A stretch of DNA of 59,331 nt from positions 1-59,331 of the forward strand of contig JBFLGF010000207.1 of the NCBI GenBank assembly GCA_050230475.1, written 5' to 3'. The notes beneath the pieces were generated by a model. That model saw nothing but the letters and a program-made list of their open reading frames with translations. It searched no databases and had not been told where the DNA came from. This document shows positions 50,260 through 59,331 of the stretch, one piece after another (the first letter of the stretch is position 1; each line of letters begins with the position of its first letter). This DNA is from Ancylonema sp. (Eukaryota). Made by a program: the position numbers and the translations under genes.

Positions 50260-53200
50260 TCACCTCCTCTTCCCCTCTTTTCTCACCCGTTTTTCAACAT
50301 TCTCAATTTTTTCTACCGCCTTTTTTTCAACCGCTATTTTCTCCCCCTTTTCTGGCTCCCCCTTTTCTGGTTCCCCCTTTTCTGGTTCCCCCTTTTCTGG
50401 TTCCCCCTTTTCCTTGTCTTTCTTGGCTGTTCTCCCCTTCTCACCTCCCCCCCTCTCTCGCATCCCGCTTCACGCTATGCGCCCCCTCCCTCAATCCCTC
50501 ACCTCCTCCTCCTCCTCCTCCTCCTGCCACACCCTCCGCTGACTTATCCTCTCGGGACCCATCCTTTTTTACTGCAAGGGTTTGGTTGTGAGTCAGACTG
50601 CCAGTTTTGCCACCGACCTTTGCCTCCAGCCTTCCCTCCATTGACCCCAAAACAATTCTCTCGGACCCTCCCCCCACAGGTCGACCGGTTTCCACCCCGT
50701 TCCCCACACCCCCTTTCGCCTCTCCCGATGAGCCTTTCTGCCGATTTTGCCGTCCCCCACCCGCTCCCAACTGCCTTTTTGCCACCTTCGTCTTATTCAA
50801 TAGAGGATACCCTTTGCCAAACGCAGCCGATGCCTGAGAGTGTTGTTTGGCCTTCGGATAAGGCTTCCCCCCCCCCCCCCCCCCAGCCCCTCTCGGCTTC
50901 GGCTTTGCCAGTGCAGGCTCACCTGGCGAGACTTTTGCCACACTGTCCTCCTCTCCATTTTTAATACTCTTTTCTTTTTGCCGCTGCATCGCTGCAGCCT
51001 TCCCCACACCCTCCCCTTCTCCCCTTCCCACCCCACCCCTACCTGCCTCCTTCCCAGCCCCTCCAACCCTCTCCCCTCCCACCCCACCCAACCCATGTAC
51101 CCCATTCTTCCCTTTGTCTATAGTCTCATCTTTTTGCTCCACAGGTGCAGTTTGCCCTCCTGTTTTTGCCCCTATTTTCTCCCTCTTCTCCTCCTTAACC
51201 TCTGGGTGGAGGCCAGTGGCATCTACTTTTCCTTCCCCACCTCCCCTCTGTCCCTCTACTTCTGCCTCCTTCTGCCTTTCTGCCCCTCCATCTCTCTGTT
51301 TTGCCACTTCCGCCACTTTCTCTGGAAAAACATCCTCCTGCGCACTCCCTGTCTTCTGGAGAGGAGTTGCAGACTCACTGCCCTTTTTTGCCGCAACATC
51401 TGTTTTTGCCACGACATCTATTTGTGCCACAACATCTGTTTTTGCCACAACATCTGTTTTCGCCACGACATCTGTTTTTGCCACGACATCTTGTTTTGCC
51501 ACAACATCATGTTTTGCCACAACATCTGTTTTTGCCACAACATCTTCTTTCGCCACATCATCTTTTTTGGGCAGAACATCTATTTTCGCCACAATATCTA
51601 TTTTTGCCGCAACATCTTTTTCGGCCAAGTCGCCCTCCACCTCCACCTTCCCCACCTCCTTCCCCTCAGCCCGTTTTTCCGAAGATCCCTTGCCACCTGG
51701 CTTCTTCTTAACCCTTCCTCCCCTCCTCCCTTTGTCCCCACCCTCCCCCTCCTTCCCTTTTTCAGAACCAGTGCCCTCCTCGCCAACTGCAGCCACGACA
51801 GCTGTCACCCCCTTCCCATCCTGCTCACCCCTCCCTGCCACCCCACTCTTACCCCCTGCCTCCCCCTCCGCAACCCTCAGAGCCTGGAAGGACGCATCTA
51901 TCTTCTCATCTCCCTCCTCCTTCCCCTGTCCCCTGCCTTTGTAGCGTGACAACAGCTGGCTCTTCCCCAGACTTGTCCTATACTCGACCACATCTCTCTC
52001 ATAGCCCCCCCCCCCCCCACACTCCTCCACATCGCCAACCAGGAACTGCCTCGCATTAGCTGCCACAGCCTCGTCGAGGATGGCCAAAATTCCCGGGTCC
52101 CCACCCGACCCCAGCCTCCCCCACCCCCCTTCCCAGGTGGCCACGGGTATCTCCCCCATCACAAACCGCGCAGCCCGGATCGCGTGCGGAAATAACCGCG
52201 CGATCCGCGGGTCTTCCACCCAAGTAGAGGACTTGTGGACAGTTTTGTTCCCTAGAGGCACGTCGGCCAATAGGAACGCACGCTTGCAGCCCAACTGAAG
52301 CATTGACCTTTTTGCCGCTGCTATTGCGCCCTGGGCGCAATGCATAAGCCTGTCCTCCCCTTTCTCACCCCCTATACCCGCCCCCTGCAAAACCAGCTCG
52401 AACCGCAGGTGAATAGCCACAAAATTCGACCCCAGCTTCTCCAAAAATTCCTTGGCACGCTGCTCTAGTAGGGGAGCCAGCCGCAGTTGGCCCAGGATGG
52501 CGTTGAGGGCTGGGGAGGGTGGGGGCAGCAGTGCGGTTTTCGAGAGTGTGTGGAACAAAACAAAGAGGTCGATGCTGGAGTGTTTGTATACGGCGCTCAT
52601 GATTGCCATTTCTTCCCTCCCCCCCCCCGGGATTAGGACCGTGTTGCGCCGTGTGGGGCCCACGTTGTGTGTCAGCTTCAAGATGGACATCCAATGGGCA
52701 GAGCACAGCCCCTCTGTGCAAGCACCAGGCCCCACGCACAAGAAAATAACAGAGGGGATCACCCCCTTGCCCCCTCGTTTTGGCGTTTCCAGACCCTCAA
52801 AAGGGGCTGTGGAGACGTAGTGGTCGTCGGTCACCCAAGGCAGCACGTGTGAAAAGGGTTCGATGTCGAAATAGGTGCAGAGAGGGGCGGAGGGGAGGGC
52901 GGCGTGCCCGATATTGCCGCCTCCGACGTGCGGCAGAATGAGTGTCCTATTGCCTGCTTTTGCCACTCCCATTGTGGTCGCCAAATGCATTCTCGCACGC
53001 ATGATTTGAGTCGGCAGACGGGCGATGGCGAAATACTTCCGCCGACCCCCACCCGCTGCAGAGGCAGATAAGCGCCCCATGGTTGCGCCACATGCTTCTA
53101 GAGGTGACTCTAAATCCGGGAGATGCGGCAGCGTCAAGGTCTTTGTAACACACCGATCGTAGTCGCCTTTTCGCGCGAGGTACAATGATGACCGCGCGAT

Positions 53201-53605
53201 TTCTATAGCTGTCGCGCGGTCGCTGGGCCAAGGGGATGGTAACCCCTGCTCTCCAATTGGATGCCGCATTCTTGCCCGTGTCTCCTGCTGATCGTCGTAA
53301 AACTGATCGATAACAGCACGAGTCGCCCGCCATTCCGCCCCCCATCCGATGACGCCTGAGAATCCCAGCCGCTGCAGCCAGAAGTCGCCGAGGATAAGGA
53401 GGTGGTCGACTGGGGACGCAGAAAGGAGGCCAAGACTGAGGATAAGGGAGACAGCCCCTAGGAGAAGGATCTGACTTAGACCTGAGCGAGCAGAGCGGGT
53501 GCCTTTGGCCTTCGTCTCCGCGGGCACAGTGTACTTGTGACTCATTGCGGGGTAGGAAAGAGTGCGAGGGCATTTGCAGTGAACGGGGGAGTCAGGCTCA
53601 AGCAT
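50260..53605 (-). CDS. O-fucosyltransferase-like (GT-B fold) type II membrane glycosyltransferase with a long charged, repetitive C-terminal tail
   Basis: 1054-aa ORF with an N-terminal TM segment and motifs AKAGNRTLILP, NFVAIHLRFE and LDEAVAANARQFLVG resembling the O-FucT family. The tail has (KTDVVA)n and appears to continue, after a probable homopolymer frameshift, into (KGEPE)n at 50260-50463. Confidence 0.7.
51390..51620. repeat. Coding 18-bp tandem repeat (KxDVVA)n
   Basis: About 12 units of tttgccac(a/g)acatctgtt-like sequence, in frame. Confidence 0.92.
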
Positions 53606-53899
53606 GTAGAGGAGGTAGAATCTGAATCTGTCCTAGTAGGGAACGGTATTCGTTCCAAACGATTCGCGTTAAGGGTCTGCTGGCATTCCAGAAATGTTGA
53701 CTTTTGACTTCGGGAGAAGGTGAGACTTATCGTTCGCAGATATCCATTTAACGCCCGGAAAAGTACCTTTCCGAGCGACTTATTTTTCAGAAAGTACCGA
53801 AAAAGTACGCGCGCAGATATCACTTTTTCGACGCTTTATCGTCTGAATTTGAGTGAAGCTTTTACTAAAAGATTCGGTCATAAAAGCCGCGCAGATATA

Positions 53900-54250
53900 C
53901 AGTAAATAATCGTTACAGGCACACTCTTGGGACACCGAAAATGTGTGCCTGTAACCTGGTTGTGTTAATCGCGTTACAGGCACATTTGCCAGGAGCCCTG
54001 AGGCAGATGTGCCTATAACGAAGGAATATCAAAATTTTGCTCTCAGAGGTCGTGAACTTCGTCTGTCATGTCGCTGAAAAAATTTACCAGTGTCGGACAA
54101 TAAACACTCGTGTGCTTATATGGTGGGAGTCGTGGCTTATACAAAGAGAATATGCCTGATTAAGTGAAATGCGCTTAGATCGGTTTATTATGCTTACATA
54201 GTGAAAAGTGCTTATACGGTGAAATGCGCCTATAACACCGAAATGTGCGA
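53900..54250. mobile_element. Possible Tc1/mariner-pogo-type relic
   Basis: TA|CAGT start and repeated gttacaggcac / gtgcct(g/a)taac motifs in both orientations. No right end was found. Confidence 0.35.
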
Positions 54251-55109
54251 ATTAAAGCATTACGGCATTTCGCGATCATTTAGCCATGATTGGCACATGA
54301 GTGGGTAGTGACTAAAATTAGACACGTGTTGTGTCAAAACATTTTGCGAGTCTTAAGTTTCGATTGTCGACCGAAGGCCTTAGATAGCAACACGTTATTA
54401 TCCCGCCGTCACTTTCGGCACCATATTCGCTACTCTCTGGACACAAGGCGTACAGACACCACGTGACCGAACAGACGAAGGAACACCTCACTTGTTCTAT
54501 CCACTACCCCATAAACTAGACATACACGTAGGAAGATGCGGTGTCTTACGAATATAATCTATTAGAGCCAAATGGGTGATAGATACCTTATGTCCTTTAT
54601 GCACCAAGAGCGATCCATGGCGGAAGCCAGCAATGCTAACGTGTGTAGGAATGTGATTTCCTTTAGATATGCATTGCATCTAGCTCGTTTAGTGATATGT
54701 ATGATGTAGCCATGGAGAATACTTGGCTAGTAATACATTAGCAGTAATGTCGGTTGGCTGGCAGCCATTAGATGCATCGTGAGAAGATGCTGATCCGATT
54801 GGAGTAAGGTAGTATAAAAGAATGTAAAAATTGTTCTAAGACTCAATTTGGTCTCAGTACTTCCCGGGAACCGCTGCAAAAATACCTTGGCAAATATCGT
54901 GTTTTGTGAGTTCGGCTGAGAATTACCCCCTTTTTTATCTAATTTGTAATCGAGTGTTATCTTTTTATTCATCGGGTGCAATCCATTCACTCAGCATTAA
55001 TCAGAATCGTATACTTTACATAGAGTCCAAAGCATCCCTTGCCTTCGGAAGACTTACTGAGACCAAATTTGTCTAAATTCAGCAATTTTTTTTTTTTTAA
55101 AAGTTCATC

Positions 55110-56598
55110 ATGTCGTCTGTATACCAAGCCGAGCCTAAGTACATTGGTGATGGTGGTAATGCATAGAGAATATTCATCAAAGACGCCCAAGTGGGCTGGA
55201 AGAACATTCTTGATGACCTTAATCGCCATTTGTCCAATGGAGCATCTCAATACGCTTATTTGGAATCATTGCTGAACCGTTTAGGCGGCCAGGCAAGACG
55301 GTTACTGGACATATACCTGAACAAGTGGGACTGGCTGAACGAAGACAACGTCTACTACGAAGAGGCGACAACGAGAGAAGCGGCTCGAGCCGTATGGCGC
55401 GCTTACTACAAGGCCAAGGCGGTACATGATCTACGCCAAGTCCAGATTGCGGTAGCTACGCGGCCACCAGTTCGACCGGACCAGCTTGTCGACCCCATCC
55501 CTGAGCCGAACGACTTGGAGGAGTTCTTGTTCATCATACAATCAGCATTTCAGGCAGCCTCTGCCGTGTTCTTGGAAGATCTGAAAGCGTTCAGACCGGT
55601 GCCACGAAAGTCCTTGGTGAAAATGGCAGACCGGTTCGACGAAGTGGCCTCTCCCCTTTTCTTGGCGGGCCTCATGACCTCTCGTGGACTGGCGCTGCAC
55701 CTCAGGAGCCACATTCCGGTCCACATTCGACGTGCTACACTTAACGCCATGGCCCGAGAAGACGAGAAACGATTCAACGAGGGGGAACCTCTCACGAACA
55801 AGGACGAGCTCATGGTCATGGCGCAGAAGAAAGAAGCCTTCCTCCTGGAGTTCGAAGCTGAGATGCGCGCAGCGGGACTCACACCAGACCCGAGAGCAAC
55901 GGAATCATCATTCAATGCCCCCCCTCCCGCACCATGGGTGCATCGTGCAATGGAGGATCGTCTAATCATGGGGGGCGGGATCTGCGTGATAGATTGGGGA
56001 CAAGATCTGACCAACCCATCATAGACACCAGAGAATGCCATGTTTGCAAGAAAGTGGGGCATATCGCTAAAAATTGCCCTAACTTCGTTGCAACTCCCTC
56101 TCCTCTCAGTCTCGCTCCAGCGATTCGAACCGACAACCTGGCTGCACACAAAAGTGCGGGACATACCTGCGAGTCGTGCAAGAAGCCTGGCCACACGTCT
56201 GCGCAATGCTGGTCAGCCCATCCAGAACTTGTGCCGGAAGCGCTGATCAAGAAAAGACAAGCAGCCATGTTAGCCACATTACGCAAACGTCAGCGGGCGT
56301 CACACTACGCCAGCCCAGGATACCAATTTTAGGGCATGGCACTGACGTACAAGCGACCACTCCCAGCCATGGTCCAGAGGAGATCAACACGTCCATCACA
56401 GCCTACGATGGCTGCCAGAGAAGCTGCAAGTCAACGACCAGAGCGCCGCGTCAGATTCACCTCGTCTACGATGCCGCAGGCGTAGCCTACAACAAGCCAG
56501 CCAGTTTCTAATGATGACCCTTTGACTACCCCTGGCATAACCGAGAATGAACGACCAGGAAATCAGGAGAAATACCCCTACACCGCGCAACTTCCGCA
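55110..56598 (+). mobile_element. Decayed retroelement gag-like ORF with CCHC zinc knuckles, truncated by a later insertion
   Basis: Knuckles CHVCKKVGHIAKNC and CESCKKPGHTSAQC; in-frame stops and a frameshift; the sequence switches abruptly to LTR-like DNA (TGTTAT) at 56599. The superfamily cannot be determined. Confidence 0.65.
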
Positions 56599-56720
56599 TG
56601 TTATGAGGTAGAGTATACGATGCTATATCGTATGCTAATATTGTGCAAGACCTTTATAACGAGGCCGGGTGCAACTCCACCCGGGCACTTGAAGCGCAAT
56701 ATCATGTTCGACTATAACAA

Positions 56721-59331
56721 TGTCAACGTAAACTAGTTCGATTATAGACGACAATAAATTAGATTTACCCGTTAGTGTTCACTAATCAATGGTGAGCACT
56801 ACTTAGATGACACGTATTGATAAGTGTTTGACAATAAGACTAAACGGAATTGTGAGCCCATGGATCGGGAACATATCACCCGATCCGAAGCTCACAACAA
56901 TTAACTTTTCTAATCATCACACTGAGTCCCCGTCGATCTCAGTGAAAAGTTCACTGTCCTCCTTCGGACTTTCCTACCTGAACCTTGTACTCACGCCACT
57001 GAGCACCAATACCTTTATAGTTTATGGGCCCACGTTCACGCTAGTGATCAAGATTCTAAGTCTGTTCGGAGATTATCGAGGCTGCACACTTTTCGAGGCT
57101 GCACGACAGCACAATCGTACGAGTTTTGCGCCATGGATGAATCTAGCAAAAAATCAATCATGCAATTCACCGGCGCAGGCTACAAAGAGTGGAGAACAAA
57201 AATGGAGTACGGCCTCTCCCAAAAACGCCTGATCAGTACCGTACAGGCCTGGAGAGGACAGCCGCGTCTCGTCTGCCCAACGCCTATCACGTTGATGGCT
57301 TAAGGAGAACTCGCCCTCATCCTGGTTGCTGATAGGCCTGCTGATAATCTAGCCGTCATTGCTAGAGATCTAGAGATCGAAAAATGGGAAGAGCAAGGTA
57401 TGGATGCCCAAACATTTTTGATTCAGCATATCGGCGTCAAGCAATTATCTCATGTCAGAAATTGTCTTACAGCCTATGAGATGTGGGAATCGATTTCAGC
57501 GTATTTCCAACTAAAGGGTGACGTGGAGATTGCCAATGCCTATGCATTGCTTTCTGCCATCGTTATGCACGAATCTGAGGATCTCTCTGTCTATGTCCAA
57601 CGTCTGCAGGAACTGCACGACCTCCTGGAAAGCCTAGGCGAACCCCTCAGCGAAACCAAGAAAGCTTCCAACTTGCTCAACAACCTGAACACCAAATACT
57701 TCGCGATGATTGAGATCATCCAGACCTGGTCTGCGACTGCACCTCAACTCTACAACATCCAGACCATCCTCAGCACGCTCCTCCAACGGGACGTCCGCAT
57801 CCAAATCAACGCCCGCAAGCGAGGAGAATCCGCAGCGTTCGACATCCGTTCCGCATGCCAACTACGGCGGCACTCCGGTTCCGCGCCCGCAATCAGGGAG
57901 ACCCGCACCTCAACCTGGTGCATGCCATAAATGTGGACAAAAGGGTCATCTCGCCCGAGTTTGCACTGCGGAACTTAATTGCTCACATTGCAAAATGCCG
58001 GGTCACCAAGTTGAAAGATGCTGGCAACTGCATGGAAAATCTGATTTCGCAAAACCCACATCAGGAAAACAAAATGCCGGAAGAGAAGGAAAGAAATGCG
58101 AATACTGTGGCAAAATTGGACACGTTGAGTCGGAAGGCAATGGAAAGAGAGCTGTAATGCGGAACAAGGCTTACAGAGATGCAAACAGGAGTAAGGATGA
58201 ATTTGATGCCTCAAAGGCTTTGTCGTACACTGCCTCCCGCTTGCCTCCTGCCGTTGCATGTCTCTCTGCTAACGTCAAATGTCCTCTCATTCTTGACTCA
58301 GGCGCCACATACCATATCTTCCCGTCCATCAAGTTCTTCTCTGAGTACACTACCTCCGTCCCTTTGGAACGCCGGTTCATCTACACCGCAGATGACAAGC
58401 CTCATGAAGTTCAAGGCCAAGAAACAGTCACACTTCTCCTCCACAATGGAGCGGAGTCCCTAACTGTCCGCCTCCACGCTTTGCACATCCCCAGCTTGGG
58501 CCAGACCCTTGTCAGCCTGGCTGCATCAACAAGCGTGGAAAGGTGGCTTTTCAACTCAGTAAGGATGGCACTCCAACCCTGACCCAGCATGACCGACCGT
58601 GAGCAGATATGGTGGCCACACGTAATGGCCTTTTATTGCTGTCTGGCCACATTGTTCTGCCGGGAATGGAGGGTTGTGATGTTGCCCCGCATGGCCAAGC
58701 ACTGTCTGGTCGGATGCAACTGGCACCTGAGGTTAGGACACCCTGGTCTGACAGTGATGGAAACCATGATTGCCCAAGGCATGATTCCTAGTCTGACCAA
58801 AGATGAGAGGTCAGAGGTCGCCAAACTGTGAAATCTGCTGTGCCGCAAAAATGGCACAGGGGTCACATAAGGCACACACTGTCGAGACTGATGCCTGCCA
58901 AAAGCTTGACAGGATCCATTTGGACCTTGTTGGGCCGATGAGCACGGCCAGCAAGCATGGTCAGTTCATGTATTTTCAGTCTGGGATTGATGTGGGGACT
59001 CGCATGTCCTTTGTGAGCCTGTTGAAATCCAAGGGTGAGGCATTCAATGCTTCCAAGCCCTTAATCACAACATTAGAGGTCGAGTCCCGAACGAACCTCA
59101 AGTCTTTACGTACGGATGGGGGGGGGGAGGATATATCTCATGAGTGCAAGGCCTTTGCCAAGGATAAAGCATCCAGCATCAGCATCAACTTGTTGCCCCC
59201 TACAACCCAAAACAAAACGGTATCAATGAACGTCTAAACCGGACCCTCCTCGAGAAAATGCGTTGCTTGCTCTTATGGTCTGAACTTCCCAAGTCATTTT
59301 GGGACGTTTCCATTCTTCATGCCAATCGGCT
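56721..59331 (+). mobile_element. Decayed Ty1/copia LTR retrotransposon, 5' part, running off the window
   Basis: PBS-like GTTTATGGGCCCA at 57020-57032; gag from 57133 (FTGAGYKEWRTKME) with CCHC knuckles; protease LILDSGATYHI; pre-integrase WHLRLGHPG; integrase RIHLDLVGPM...LRTDGGGE directly after the protease (copia domain order); several stops and frameshifts. The LTR start (56599 or 56721) is uncertain. Confidence 0.9.

Noticed and set aside
50251..51949. Long plus-strand ORFs of 237-369 aa
   Set aside because: They are antisense shadows of the purine-rich repetitive tail of the O-FucT-like gene.
350..53605. Possible functional gene cluster (USP, GGT, thioredoxin, apyrase, glycosyltransferase, sugar-nucleotide enzyme)
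   Set aside because: Orientations are mixed, the families are widespread housekeeping ones, and no shared pathway or regulatory motif is visible.

Overview
Gene-dense nuclear DNA from a eukaryote, most likely a streptophyte alga or other early-diverging plant. This is inferred from plant-type proteins and short GT-AG introns; the species cannot be determined from the sequence. Ten host loci are recognisable: a GalT-like ADP-glucose phosphorylase (+), a C2-domain protein with a GGC-repeat tail (+), a universal stress protein (-), a phosphatase inhibitor-2-like exon lying inside a USP intron (-), a class-IV D-amino-acid transaminase/ADC lyase with an in-frame TAG (-), an alpha/beta hydrolase (+), a 9-exon gamma-glutamyl transpeptidase (+), an APY7-like apyrase (-), a CRLC thioredoxin-like gene whose 3' exons occur three times (-), and an O-fucosyltransferase-like protein with a long repetitive tail (-). 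Mobile DNA includes hAT-type MITEs, a solo LTR nested in one of them, and at the right end a decayed gag-like ORF followed by a decayed Ty1/copia element. The most striking structure is intronic: a perfect 99-bp inverted repeat brackets GGT exons 2-3 and lies next to the exon-2 acceptor, many introns are G-rich at the 5' end and C-rich at the 3' end, and several introns each carry their own minisatellite. Three single Ns (8901, 11070, 21699) and several near-identical duplications suggest that some oddities are assembly artefacts. Exon boundaries were derived by hand from reading frame, splice signals and remembered family motifs; no database searches were run.
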